A stretch of 32,152 nt of DNA from an uncultured archaeon (GTDB taxonomy: Archaea; Asgardarchaeota; Lokiarchaeia; Sigyniarchaeales; SOKP01): NCBI GenBank assembly GCA_964493715.1, contig CAZBPC010000029.1, forward strand, positions 2,205-34,356, given 5' to 3'. The notes below the pieces were generated by a model. That model was given only the letters and a program-made list of their open reading frames with translations, searched no databases and had not been told where the DNA came from. A program made the translations under genes and the position numbers. Below, piece after piece: positions 17,690 to 28,448 of this stretch (its first letter is position 1; every line of letters starts with the position of its first letter).

Positions 17690-18598
17690 ATGATAACTAA
17701 AATCCCACCTAACCAGATCGTGATAAGACCTCCTGTAGAAGCATATAGCGTACTCATTGCTGTAACAGCCGGTTGTAGTTGGAATCGTTGTCGATTTTGT
17801 GGAACTTATAAAGGCATGTATCAAACTACTCAAGATTATGCTATTCGACCCTTAGAAGATGTTTTGAAAGATATCGATTTTTATGCTGAAAAGAATTATT
17901 ATGGGTTTCCTGTTTTTCTTGCAGGTGGAAATCCAACATCAGCTCCAACAGATTATCTTGTAAAAATTATAAAATATATTAGGTTAAGAATGAAAAATGT
18001 GCAAAGAATCAGCTGTTATGCAAAATCTCTCGACATATTAAGAAAATCTGATAAAGAACTTGCACAATTAGATGAAGCAGGATTAGATATAGTATATATG
18101 GGATTAGAAAGTGGAAGTAGCAAAATCTTACGATTAATGAAAAAAGGGACTAATGCTGAATCGATGATTAAGGCAGGTAAACGAATATTAGCTGCTGGTA
18201 TAAAGTTAAGTCTTTATATACTCTTAGGGTTAGGTGGAAAAAAACTTTCAGATTTACATGTTAAAGAAACCGCTAAAGTTTTGACAGAAATCAATCCAAC
18301 CATATTTAGATTTAGAACTTTAAATATTGTACCTTCTACTCCCCTTTGGAACGAATGGAAACAAGGAGATTTCGAATTATTATCTCCCGTTGAATGCATT
18401 GAGGAAGAACGCGAAATTATCGCACAATTAGGCGAAAACGTAACTTCTCAAGTATTTAACGATCACGTATCAAATTATGTTGGATTAGAATCTTCCAATA
18501 TAAAAGATGATCGAGAAGGTTTTTTATCGTATTTAGATTCATTAATCAATGATCCTAAAATACAGTCATTACCAAGAAAAAATCTAAGTCAGATGTGA
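17690..18598 (+). CDS. Radical SAM protein, same family as 5340-6263
   Basis: RPPVEAYS, GCSWNRCRFC, FLAGGN, YMGLESG and DHVSNY motifs. Confidence 0.9.
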   Translation: MITKIPPNQIVIRPPVEAYSVLIAVTAGCSWNRCRFCGTYKGMYQTTQDYAIRPLEDVLKDIDFYAEKNYYGFPVFLAGGNPTSAPTDYLVKIIKYIRLRMKNVQRISCYAKSLDILRKSDKELAQLDEAGLDIVYMGLESGSSKILRLMKKGTNAESMIKAGKRILAAGIKLSLYILLGLGGKKLSDLHVKETAKVLTEINPTIFRFRTLNIVPSTPLWNEWKQGDFELLSPVECIEEEREIIAQLGENVTSQVFNDHVSNYVGLESSNIKDDREGFLSYLDSLINDPKIQSLPRKNLSQM

Positions 18599-18762
18599 AG
18601 ATCTCAAATCGATATAAAATTAATTGATCATACTCTGACTCCCTAATTAAAAATATATATTTTACTTAATATATTGAGGTAAGATTTTATAATAAGTAAT
18701 ATCTTTAGTATTAATATTTAATATTGTTTAATCAAGCTATCTACAATTAGCAAGAGATAAGA

Positions 18763-20220
18763 ATGACAGACTATTTCCGAAAAAAAGTACACTACGAAGA
18801 CATAATGGCTACATATGATGATGTTTTAATCAAACCCGGTTATACAGAATTCCAACCAAATGAAGTCGATATTTCCTCTAATCTAGGAAATTATCACCTC
18901 AATATTCCTATCATGTCTGCTGCTATGGATACAGTGACAGAAGAAGTAATGGCGATTAAAATGGCATTACTGGGTGGACTCGGGGTTTTACATCGTAATT
19001 GTTCCTATGATAAACAGCTTGAGATGTGTCGAAAAGTCAAATTTGCCCGCTCCTTTGTAATAGAAGAAGTTGCAACCATAAATGTAAAAGCACGAGTTTC
19101 TGAAGCAAAATATTTAATGGATACATATGGAATTAGTGGTGTTATGGTTGTCGAAGACGATAAAAAGGTTTGTGGTATTTTTACTAAAAGAGATATTCCC
19201 TATAGTGAAAGAGAAATAAGAACGGGTTATGTTAAGGATTTTATGACAAAGGATGTTATTTCTATTAAATCTGGGGTGTCAAGGTCACAAGCTTTAAAGA
19301 AGCTTTATGAAAACAGGATCGAGAAATTACCAATTCTTGATGATAATGGACATTTGAAAGGATTAATCACAAAAAAAGATTTAAAACCAGAATTTCCAAA
19401 TGCGTCGATAGATGAAGAAGGACGGTTATTATGTGCACTAGGAATTTCTCCCAAATTCCCTGAATCAAGTCAAGCACAAGAGATGCTAAAAGAACTCGAA
19501 AAGTATGTCGATATCTTTTTCATTGATGTTGCTGATTTTTTCAAAAAATCTGACATTGAAGCAACTAGAAAATTAATGAAATTATTAGATTCTGATTTTG
19601 TATTAGGGAATATTGGAACTTATGAAGCTGCCGAATTTATCCTAACTAAATGTGATTTTGGTGATCAATTCATCGGTTTAAAAGTAGGAATGGGTTCTGG
19701 ATCTATTTGTACGACATCAATTCAGACTGGTGTTGGGGCTCCAACTCTTTTTGCGACTGCTCAAGTTGCTGATGCTGTTAAAGATTACAATCAAAAAATA
19801 GCTGTTATTGCTGATGGGGGCCTTAAAAATCCTGGTGATTTACCAAAAGCTCTATCTGTTGGAGCGGATTTAATGATGTCCGGTCATTTCTTTGCTGGTT
19901 GCACTGAAAGTCCGGGATATATTGATACGATCCAAGGTAGAAAAGTAAAAGTATACAGAGGTATGGGTTCCAAAGAAGCAAGAGCATCAGGATTTGTTTC
20001 AGATAGATACATTGAGGGGTCAAAGAATCTAGCAGAAGGCGTCTCATCTTATATCCCTTATGTTGGGGATGTAGATGGAGTGATACAATCCTTAAAAGAA
20101 GGTCTGGTGAATGGAATGATCTATTCGGGTGCTAAAGGAATTCAAGAAATGAAGAACGTTAGTATAGGTATTATTACTCCATTTGGTCAACAAGAAACTA
20201 GGACGCATGATCTTCTATAA
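18763..20220 (+). CDS. guaB: IMP dehydrogenase with CBS pair
   Basis: SAAMDTVT, GLGVLHRN, CBS domains, catalytic GSGSICTT, IADGG, YRGMGS and AEGV. Confidence 0.93.
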   Translation: MTDYFRKKVHYEDIMATYDDVLIKPGYTEFQPNEVDISSNLGNYHLNIPIMSAAMDTVTEEVMAIKMALLGGLGVLHRNCSYDKQLEMCRKVKFARSFVIEEVATINVKARVSEAKYLMDTYGISGVMVVEDDKKVCGIFTKRDIPYSEREIRTGYVKDFMTKDVISIKSGVSRSQALKKLYENRIEKLPILDDNGHLKGLITKKDLKPEFPNASIDEEGRLLCALGISPKFPESSQAQEMLKELEKYVDIFFIDVADFFKKSDIEATRKLMKLLDSDFVLGNIGTYEAAEFILTKCDFGDQFIGLKVGMGSGSICTTSIQTGVGAPTLFATAQVADAVKDYNQKIAVIADGGLKNPGDLPKALSVGADLMMSGHFFAGCTESPGYIDTIQGRKVKVYRGMGSKEARASGFVSDRYIEGSKNLAEGVSSYIPYVGDVDGVIQSLKEGLVNGMIYSGAKGIQEMKNVSIGIITPFGQQETRTHDLL

Positions 20221-20345
20221 ATCAACTAACATCATGAAATTGACGCTAAATATCTCTCAATATAATTATTAAGTCCCTATTAATTATTTTTTAACTCAAA
20301 CAAAATTTAAATAAGTCATATTATCATAATTTGAAGTGAATTTAA

Positions 20346-21950
20346 ATGAAAAGGATTAAAAGAGCATTAATATCGGTTTATGATAAAACAGGTGTATTAG
20401 ATTTCATACGAACTTTAATTTATGAATATGGTATTGAAATCTTATCTACAGGTGGAACTGGGCGATTATTAGAGGAAAATGGAATTGATTATATAAAAAT
20501 TTCTAGCTATACTGAATCCCCCGAAATGTTTGATGGAAGGGTAAAAACTTTACATCCAAAAATTGAGGGGGGTATTCTCTATCGCAGATCTAACAGTAAG
20601 GATGTTGAGGATGCTACAAAATATAACATCCCTCCAATTGATATGGTAGTATGTAATCTTTATCAATTCAAAGAAGCTATCTCAAGACCAGATATTACTT
20701 TAGCTGAAGCTTTAGAGATGATAGATATAGGGGGACCTACCATGATTCGAGCGGCTGCAAAAAATTTCCCGGATGTTATTGTGATACCGGATTCTAAATA
20801 TTACAATGATATTATTAAGGAACTTAAGGCAAATAATGGAGCTATCAGCGATAAAACTAGAGCAGATTTAGCACAACAAGTATTTACGATAATGGCAGAT
20901 TATAATGCTGCCATTGCAAATTATTTACAGAAATATTACAACCCTAATGATAAGATGGGAAATCAACTTGTAAAAGTATATGAAAAATTGCATAATTGTA
21001 GATATGGAGAAAATTGGGATCAAGCTGCTGCCTATTATCGTGATGTGAACGCCAAATATGGGCTTCATGATCTTAAAAAATTAGGAGGAAAAGATATATC
21101 GTTCAATAACTACTTAGATATAGATAGCTGCATGCAAATCCTATTAGATTTTGGGACTGAAAATTATGTCACAGCAATATTAAAACATACAAGTCCCAAC
21201 GGAGTGGCAATAGATCAAAAAACACAATTAAAATCCGTGGAAATGGCATTTAATTGCGATCCCCTTTCAGCATTTGGAGGAATTTGGGGATTTAATCAAA
21301 ATTTGACAAAAGAAGTGGCAGATTATATTATTAACAAACAAAAAATTTTTATTGAGGTTATAATGGCACCTTCTTTTCAACCTGAAGCTTTGGAAATTTT
21401 AAAGACCAAACCGAATATGGTAATACTCGAATTTGGAAATTTATTAGATTATAGTGAGGAGATTTATAAATTACCCGAGATTCGAGGAATATTAGGGGGG
21501 GTATTGGTACAAGAATATGATAATAAATCCATAATTAAGGAATGGAACGTCGTGAGTAATAAAAATGTAAACGAAATAGAGAAAAATGCATTGATCTTTG
21601 CTTACAAGGTATCAAAATGGGCAAAATCAAATTCTGCTTGTTTTGTTCAAATATATGATACTGGAATGTATACAATTGGAATTGGGGCGGGTCAACAGAG
21701 TCGAGTTCACGTTGTTAAGCTTGCTATTCAGAAAGCAATAGAATTTGGTCATGAGAATGACTTAATTAACTCTTTAATGGGTACTGACTCCTTCTTCCCT
21801 TTTCCTGATGGCTTAGAGGTTGCAGTTCAAGCTGGTGCGAAAGCTATCATTAACCCAGGAGGATCCATAAGAGATGATGCTGTTATTAAAAGAGCAAATG
21901 AACTTAATTGTGCTCTAGTATTTTGCGGTAAAAGAGTGTTCCGACATTAG
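20346..21950 (+). CDS. purH: Bifunctional AICAR transformylase / IMP cyclohydrolase
   Basis: RALISVYDKTG, STGGT, GRVKTLHP, IDIGGPTMIRAAAKN, RYGEN, SAFGG, KSN, GAGQQSR, DSFFPF, PGGSIRD and terminal RVFRH. Confidence 0.97.
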   Translation: MKRIKRALISVYDKTGVLDFIRTLIYEYGIEILSTGGTGRLLEENGIDYIKISSYTESPEMFDGRVKTLHPKIEGGILYRRSNSKDVEDATKYNIPPIDMVVCNLYQFKEAISRPDITLAEALEMIDIGGPTMIRAAAKNFPDVIVIPDSKYYNDIIKELKANNGAISDKTRADLAQQVFTIMADYNAAIANYLQKYYNPNDKMGNQLVKVYEKLHNCRYGENWDQAAAYYRDVNAKYGLHDLKKLGGKDISFNNYLDIDSCMQILLDFGTENYVTAILKHTSPNGVAIDQKTQLKSVEMAFNCDPLSAFGGIWGFNQNLTKEVADYIINKQKIFIEVIMAPSFQPEALEILKTKPNMVILEFGNLLDYSEEIYKLPEIRGILGGVLVQEYDNKSIIKEWNVVSNKNVNEIEKNALIFAYKVSKWAKSNSACFVQIYDTGMYTIGIGAGQQSRVHVVKLAIQKAIEFGHENDLINSLMGTDSFFPFPDGLEVAVQAGAKAIINPGGSIRDDAVIKRANELNCALVFCGKRVFRH

Positions 21951-22112
21951 TCATCCTTTCTTTAAATTTATGATTGAATCGGTTTCATTTGAGAAATTAC
22001 TACTTAGAAGCAATGGATTAAAATAGTCAATAATTGCTAAAAGTTTATAAAACCTTAAACATAAATTTCATATACAAAATTAACTTTTTTAAAATAAGGA
22101 ATTGCTCGAATT

Positions 22113-22403
22113 ATGGACTTTTTCTTAGAACATTTACGCGAAACTCTAGAAGCAATCAATAAATTAATAGAAAATAAGGTTTATCGAGTCGACACTAAAA
22201 AAATTAGAAGATGCAACAATGTCAAATCCTCAGATCGCTCAAAAATTAATTTTATATGGAGATCACTTGAATATCTAAAAGTAGAAGGAATATTGGAAAT
22301 AAATGGATCATACCATCCTAAAACCTATAATATTAAAGCAAACCAAAGGTTAGATATTGATGAGATCATGTCTAACATAGAAAAAGAGAGGTCCCTTCCA
22401 TAA
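22113..22403 (+). CDS. Small basic hypothetical protein, probable winged helix-turn-helix
   Basis: 96 aa; IWRSLEYLKVEGILEI...KTY resembles a wHTH recognition helix plus wing. Confidence 0.5.
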   Translation: MDFFLEHLRETLEAINKLIENKVYRVDTKKIRRCNNVKSSDRSKINFIWRSLEYLKVEGILEINGSYHPKTYNIKANQRLDIDEIMSNIEKERSLP

Positions 22404-22409
22404 TTTTAC

Positions 22410-25115
22410 TTAAATTAATTCTAAATGTTCCAGCAAAGTGTTTAACTTTTCTCTGTTTTCCTCATGTTCGGGATTTAAAATCAATCTTTTTTGATAAAAA
22501 ATAATATTTCCGTATTTTAATTCTAATTCATTAAATAATTTAATCCAAGAATTAAAATCCTGCATCAGTAATTTTACATCATCATCATCTTCGAAAAATT
22601 TTATATCCTTATTATCCATTGATAAAGTCATAGCTTTATATTTTTTTATTGAATAACCTTGCTTTCGTAGAAGTTCTGTATTGGTTCTCCTAATAAATGC
22701 ATCCAATCCATGTCTCCATCTAATGTATTTCTCATTTATTCTTTCAATTTTTTCTTGAATAATTTTAATTTCTTGTGGAATTATAGGGTCATCTTGTTTG
22801 GTAAGAATTTCCTTGATTTGAGTGAACTCATTTTGAAACCGCAGACAGTAATTTTTTACTAATTTTTCAAATTCAAGAAAGACAGCATTATACTTTTGGG
22901 CAAATATTATATCATCACTTGAGAATATGAGTGATTCTTCATCAAACCTACCCTTGATTCTCCGCGTTCTTAATAGATCTTTTACAATAGAGGTTAAAAG
23001 TTCGATTTCTTTACCTGAAAGCTCTTTCTCGGGAAAAAAGTCCTCAAAAGAAAACAAAGAACTCTCTTCCATCAGATTTTCTATGCCCAATTGAGTAAAA
23101 AATTGTAGCTGCCCATCCTCTTCATAAAAAATTCCCTTGATCTTATTCGATTTATGCAAATCACTTAGTAAATCTTTCACTATGCTTGATGTAATATTCA
23201 AATTGCCAAGATTTATGATTTCTGATGATCGTGATTTCTCAATCAACATTGACTTTATTTCTTCTTTTGCATCCTCGATTTTTGTTTCATTAATTATCAG
23301 AAAATCTCCCTTTTTAAAATACTTCAAACCTAGTTTTTCAATAAAATTTAAGAAATCGCTAGATGACATTCCAGTTTTTTCCACGTAATCACTTATCTTG
23401 ATCATATCACGTTTCTTGATTTCTTCTCCAATTAACCTGATATTTTCATCAATACTTGTTAAGATATGAGTTCTATCAATATTCAACTCTTTAGCTAAAA
23501 TATTTATGTTTTTTTCTTTTTCTACTGGATCAGTAATGAAAATTGTGATTCGATCCTTTATGAATTTTGAATAGTAAAACACTTCTCTATTTTTATCAAA
23601 GATTCCACTTCTTAAATCAATTTTTTGTTGAAAAATATCACTTATTAAGGGTTTTATTACATTAATCTTTTCAGATACTCTAGGTATAGAAAAGTAGCCT
23701 AATATTTTCGAGTTTTCAATCTCTTTATTTATTCTTAATAGTCCTAAATTAGTCAGCCAGTGTGTAGCTTTATGAAAACGTGATAGATAATCCTTTGGGA
23801 TATTTTTTATAAGTATTTTAAAATCGTCTTCTTCTAATCGCTCCTTAAACGATTTTAAATCTATAGAACTACTTTTAGCCGCTTCAGAACTAATTTGGCT
23901 TTCAATTTTTTTCAATGAATAAAATGCAGAATCACTTTTCCCCCTTAATAATTGAGTTTTTGATGATTCTGAAATTTCTCGGACTAATTTTTGAATGAGT
24001 GGATGTGGTAAGTAATTAAATTTTTTTGTATTGATTATCCCTTTCTCTTGTAATAAACTGGTAAATTCAGATTTTAAACTTGAAAAAGGATAAAAATAAC
24101 CTAATTCAGAATAATATCCCTGAATGAGGTTTAAATTAAGTAATTTATTCACCATTAATTTTAATTCGTGTTCATCTATGATAATCTGAGAAAAAATTTG
24201 TAATAAATCTTCATTCGATATTCTCTTTTTATCGAAAATTGATATTAACTTAATTTCCTCAAGTTCATAAAAGTTTATTTTTTTATCTTCTCGATTTTTG
24301 ATGTAAAAATAGATTTCCTTATTTTTATTTTTTGAATTTTTTACAGTATGTATTCTTTCTTTTAGTTCCTTTTCATTATCTTCAGAATATATCTTTTTTG
24401 ACATTAAGAAGAGTTCATCAAGTACATCGAGAGTTTGAAGTAAATTAAGGTCCTCCAACTTTAAATCTTTCATCATAGGAAAAACATGTATACAAAGTTT
24501 AATTAATTCAGAAGTAAACGGAGAATTATCAAAATGTTCAGTAAATAATTGTCTTACAAAATAACGAACTTCATATAAATAATTGAATGAAAAATCTTCA
24601 CATTTGATTAAAAAATTAACCAAAGAAATGAAATTATCTATATTCTTCTCGATACTTAGTGCTTTTAATATTGTTCCTTTTTCATCACATATCGAAATCT
24701 TCTTTTTCTCAATTAAGTCATTTAAGAAGTAATGAGCATTATCTCTTATATCCTTATCATCGTCTGACAAGAAATTAACCAATCGTTTGCGGAATTCATT
24801 CATAAAGCTTAAATTTTCTAGTGATGCAAAACCCAAAATTGTAATTGAGTTTAATTTTAACTTGGTATTATTTTCATTAAGATAACTGAAAACCTTCTTA
24901 ATCAACTCTTCACCAATAAGAGAACTCTCTTTTTCTATCAGAATACTAAGAATATAGGTGATTGGAACAACAAATTCCTTCTCATCTAAAAGAAGTTGTA
25001 ATTGTCCGATCAAATTAGAAGCTTTTTCTAATTTATTTTTAGCCAAATTTTTGTTAAGTTTTTCTATAATAGGGTAAAGTGGTTCAAATTTTTCAAAATC
25101 CTCTAGATTAAACAT
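22410..25115 (-). CDS. Large protein: N-terminal HEAT/ARM-like repeats, tandem PCI/winged-helix repeats, C-terminal coiled coil
   Basis: HEAT-like FLSDDDKDIRDNA and YLNENNTKLKLNSITILG; repeated LL.....I.G.F/Y motifs (LLNLNLIQGYY, LHKSNKIKGIF, LLRTRRIKGRF). Confidence 0.6.
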   Translation of the reverse strand: MFNLEDFEKFEPLYPIIEKLNKNLAKNKLEKASNLIGQLQLLLDEKEFVVPITYILSILIEKESSLIGEELIKKVFSYLNENNTKLKLNSITILGFASLENLSFMNEFRKRLVNFLSDDDKDIRDNAHYFLNDLIEKKKISICDEKGTILKALSIEKNIDNFISLVNFLIKCEDFSFNYLYEVRYFVRQLFTEHFDNSPFTSELIKLCIHVFPMMKDLKLEDLNLLQTLDVLDELFLMSKKIYSEDNEKELKERIHTVKNSKNKNKEIYFYIKNREDKKINFYELEEIKLISIFDKKRISNEDLLQIFSQIIIDEHELKLMVNKLLNLNLIQGYYSELGYFYPFSSLKSEFTSLLQEKGIINTKKFNYLPHPLIQKLVREISESSKTQLLRGKSDSAFYSLKKIESQISSEAAKSSSIDLKSFKERLEEDDFKILIKNIPKDYLSRFHKATHWLTNLGLLRINKEIENSKILGYFSIPRVSEKINVIKPLISDIFQQKIDLRSGIFDKNREVFYYSKFIKDRITIFITDPVEKEKNINILAKELNIDRTHILTSIDENIRLIGEEIKKRDMIKISDYVEKTGMSSSDFLNFIEKLGLKYFKKGDFLIINETKIEDAKEEIKSMLIEKSRSSEIINLGNLNITSSIVKDLLSDLHKSNKIKGIFYEEDGQLQFFTQLGIENLMEESSLFSFEDFFPEKELSGKEIELLTSIVKDLLRTRRIKGRFDEESLIFSSDDIIFAQKYNAVFLEFEKLVKNYCLRFQNEFTQIKEILTKQDDPIIPQEIKIIQEKIERINEKYIRWRHGLDAFIRRTNTELLRKQGYSIKKYKAMTLSMDNKDIKFFEDDDDVKLLMQDFNSWIKLFNELELKYGNIIFYQKRLILNPEHEENREKLNTLLEHLELI

Positions 25116-25134
25116 AATTGAATGGAGAAAATGG

Positions 25135-25863
25135 TTAACTTAATAAGAATTTTTTGATTGATTCAAGTTCTAATAGATTGGATATGTCTTCTAATATATA
25201 AGTAGGTTTAGTATTCTCTAAATCCTCTTTAACACCATGACCAGATAAAAGGGCAATACTTTTAATTTTGGCATTATTTGCTGACAAGATATCACTAGGA
25301 AGATCACCGATTAGGTAAACTTTAGTCTTATCTATTGATAGGTTATATTTTTTCTTAATTTGGTTTAATGCTAAATGAATGGGATAAGGATCGGGTTTCC
25401 GATATGGTGTATCGTCTCTAGAAATAAAAACAGAAAAAAAATCATCTAATTTCAACTTATCAATAAAGTAATTCAATCGTTTCTTAGTAGTATTTGATAT
25501 AATTCCTAAAGGAATGTCATTTTGTTTTAATTTTAATAATATATCTTTTAAATTCGGTTTAATTGTTTCATATTTTTCATACTTAGGGTACATTCTTCTG
25601 AATTTGATGAAAAAAATAATTCTTCTCCATTTATTTGGAATATACTTCTTGTAGTTCTTATATACCCTAAATAACGCCTTGATACGATTGCTTGAATCAG
25701 ATTGTTCAAACAGACGAGCTAAATCAATAAGCCTTAGACCATCGATATTCTGCCATCTATAAAATTTCATTTTAAGCTTAATTAGTGCAGTATATTCAAG
25801 AGCTTTTTGAGTTATTATAACCCCATCAAAATCGAATAGCAAAATAAGAGAATCTGACATCAC
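25135..25863 (-). CDS. HAD-superfamily phosphatase (subfamily IA)
   Basis: FDFDG motif I, ISN motif II, KPDP motif III, IGDLPSD motif IV. Confidence 0.92.
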   Translation of the reverse strand: MMSDSLILLFDFDGVIITQKALEYTALIKLKMKFYRWQNIDGLRLIDLARLFEQSDSSNRIKALFRVYKNYKKYIPNKWRRIIFFIKFRRMYPKYEKYETIKPNLKDILLKLKQNDIPLGIISNTTKKRLNYFIDKLKLDDFFSVFISRDDTPYRKPDPYPIHLALNQIKKKYNLSIDKTKVYLIGDLPSDILSANNAKIKSIALLSGHGVKEDLENTKPTYILEDISNLLELESIKKFLLS

Positions 25864-25996
25864 TGCTAATTAAAGTATTAAATGAAACTTAAAATTAATC
25901 ATTTTAAACCAAACTTGTTAAATATGTGAATTTAAAATGTAAGATATGAAAAAAAAGAAAAGAAAGTGTTTTTACAAATATTTGATAAAATCAAAT

Positions 25997-26665
25997 TCAG
26001 GTATTATCTAATTCATCAGGTTCTACACTCACGTAGCTCAAAAGTACATCAATTTGTTCCTGCTTCTTACTTATGTTAAGTACGGTGTTCAAATGAACCA
26101 CATCTCCGTGTCCAGGCATGAGCGTAATGCTTCCTGCTCGAAGAACAAAAAATTCAAATACATCTGGAATCTCCTTTAATATTCTCAAGCTTTTTGTTGG
26201 CATCCTTTCAGCAGAAGAGAATATTCCTTTTTTATGATAGATTTCGTTCCTCTCAATCTTCCAGTAATCAAATCTTGCACTAATCACGACCATCCCTAAA
26301 ATAAATACAAGAACTAATGTTATTACGAGATAGAAGTTGGAAGTTAATTCTAAATTAAATTCTCCCACGGGAGTGGGAAGTGACACGTTGGGCAAGACTA
26401 AAAAAAAGACTAACAGAAGGACTACTACGACAACCATAATTAACACAAAAAATTTCGCAGAAGAGAAGTCAAAAGCCATGATAAATAGGTTTGAGAAGAG
26501 CACTATTAACCATATGTTTCCATACAAAGCTAGTGGGGTTGGTTGAAAAAGTTGGAGTATCCAAAGTACAAAAGACACTAAGAGTAAAGGCCATAGAAAA
26601 ATTACTTTTGGATAACTACGTAAATAAACTTCATTAACTGTTTTTGTTGTTGGCATATAAATCAC
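25997..26665 (-). CDS. Four-TM membrane protein with probable C-terminal bacterial PH-like (bPH_2) domain
   Basis: Four hydrophobic segments followed by YWKIERNEIYHKKGIF...RAGSITL, which resembles YdbS/DUF304-type domains. Confidence 0.5.
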   Translation of the reverse strand: MIYMPTTKTVNEVYLRSYPKVIFLWPLLLVSFVLWILQLFQPTPLALYGNIWLIVLFSNLFIMAFDFSSAKFFVLIMVVVVVLLLVFFLVLPNVSLPTPVGEFNLELTSNFYLVITLVLVFILGMVVISARFDYWKIERNEIYHKKGIFSSAERMPTKSLRILKEIPDVFEFFVLRAGSITLMPGHGDVVHLNTVLNISKKQEQIDVLLSYVSVEPDELDNT

Positions 26666-26806
26666 TTTTTTTTTAAAATTTAAGTAAGGACAATAGTTTT
26701 TAAGATAATATATAGATTTTCTCTTTAAAAATATTCTTAAAGATCTTCAATTTTGATGTGAGATTTTTGAATCATATAGAGAGAGACAATTTCTTAAGAT
26801 AAATTG

Positions 26807-27565
26807 CTAAAATAAAGTACCAATAGAGTGAATCATTTTGAAAGACGCTGAAATAGCTTGATTTCCTTGAATACTTATTCCCATATGTCCTGGAAGCAAA
26901 TATTTAACATCTAATTCCTTTATTCTCTTAATTGATTCTTTTAATTTTTGTAATGATCCACCTGGAAAATCATATCTTCCAAAACTCCCACCAATAAAGA
27001 TTAAATCTCCAGGAATAAGAATTTTTAGATTTTCCTCATAATAACAGATGGAGCTTGGAGAATGACCAGGCGTATGTAGGATTTTAAATGTAAATTCCGA
27101 CCCAATATGTATTGATTCAAGCAATATTAATTCAGTAATATCAATTGGAATAATTTCCACTCCAAAATATTTAGCATTAATCCCAAAACTTTGAATACTA
27201 CTTGGAAATATTTTTTCTTCAATACCATTTCTCAAGATGTCTGCAGTTTCTCCAAAAGCAAAAATTTGGGGTTTTTTAACGTCCATTTTGTTTAAAATGT
27301 GATACAATCCAAGCACGTGGTCAACATGTTCATGTGTTATATAAATGCGAGTAATATCAGTAAATTGGAGATTTAATCGTTTCAAACCTTCAATAAGTCC
27401 ATTCAATGTTAATCCATTCCCCGCATCAAATAAACTTAGTTCTTTTGTATCTTGATCTCTTATAATAAACTGATTGCAATCAAGCATTCCTACCTCTGGG
27501 AAGAAAAATAGATTATCAATAACTTCTTCCCCATTTTTCAGTATTCCACTACTCTTATCAAACAT
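26807..27565 (-). CDS. Metallo-beta-lactamase-fold hydrolase (glyoxalase II-like)
   Basis: THEHVDH, HTPGHS, GDL, GRYDFPGGS and PGH motifs. Confidence 0.92.
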   Translation of the reverse strand: MFDKSSGILKNGEEVIDNLFFFPEVGMLDCNQFIIRDQDTKELSLFDAGNGLTLNGLIEGLKRLNLQFTDITRIYITHEHVDHVLGLYHILNKMDVKKPQIFAFGETADILRNGIEEKIFPSSIQSFGINAKYFGVEIIPIDITELILLESIHIGSEFTFKILHTPGHSPSSICYYEENLKILIPGDLIFIGGSFGRYDFPGGSLQKLKESIKRIKELDVKYLLPGHMGISIQGNQAISASFKMIHSIGTLF

Positions 27566-27671
27566 GACAATAATTCCAAACTATTTGGAAGAATTACAGT
27601 AATGATTCCTTTAATGTTTTACTCTTCAAAATTATAAAAAATAATTAATTATTGCACGTAAATTAAGTATT

Positions 27672-28070
27672 ATGGTAATAGAAAATGATCTTGAGAAATT
27701 GAAATCTAAGGTCAGGTTTGGTCTTAAGTTTTGGTTGGAGTTTGAAGAAGGAGATAATAAAAACATTTTAGGCTCCGGATGGGCAAAATTATTAAAACGT
27801 ATAGAAGAACTTGAATTAGAAGGGGCAAGTTCTTTAACTAAAGCAGCTGAAGATTGTGGTTATTCTTACAAGTATGCATGGAATATATTAAAAAGGATTC
27901 AAAAGAGAACTGGTGTTTCTCCTGTTGAAACCAGTAAAGGTGGTGCAGGTGGTGGAGGTTGGGTAAAATTGAATGAATGGGGTCATTTTTTACTAAGCAG
28001 GTATAATTCACTACTTCTTGAATTGAAAGAGATTGAAAAAAAACTTGAAAATACATTGAGATTAAACTGA
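27672..28070 (+). CDS. ModE-like N-terminal winged-helix regulator (no molybdate-binding domain)
   Basis: KFWL...LG.G...LL, SLTKAA, SYKYAW and GGAGGG signature. Confidence 0.85.
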   Translation: MVIENDLEKLKSKVRFGLKFWLEFEEGDNKNILGSGWAKLLKRIEELELEGASSLTKAAEDCGYSYKYAWNILKRIQKRTGVSPVETSKGGAGGGGWVKLNEWGHFLLSRYNSLLLELKEIEKKLENTLRLN

Positions 28071-28448
28071 CTAATAGATTTTAATTAGCTGACTCTTTAT
28101 TTTCTCATAATCTGTTGCTATTTCAATTAAAACTTTAATGTGGAATATAAACTAATAAAGGCTAGATGTTTTGGAGGAAAAACTTTCAGATATTGTAAAA
28201 CTCAAAGTCCAAGATTGCAGGATATATGATCCTTTAAAAATTACACTTGAAGTTAAGATCAGATATTGGTATAATCATTTGAATGAAAAATCATAAAAAA
28301 AGTAGAAAAACAAGGATACTTTCGCAAAAGTTTTTTAAAACTAGACTTAATTTTTAATAGATGGGATTTCTTTTTTACTTTATTCAAAAGAGAAATTTTT
28401 TTTATGAAAACAATATTCTCTATTTAAACACCAATATATTGATTTATC

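Noticed and set aside
18661-18682. Imperfect palindrome upstream of guaB as a purine regulator site
   Set aside because: It is AT-rich and mismatched, and no similar motif was seen upstream of purH.
5336-28070. Sec read-through at other TGA stops (5338, 9876, 11742, 18598, 28070)
   Set aside because: These proteins appear complete at the stop, and I noticed no redox motif or SECIS-like hairpin nearby.
28171-28296. 41-codon TTG-started ORF between the ModE-like gene and the actin gene
   Set aside because: It is short, has no motif or clear ribosome-binding site, and is within chance expectation.
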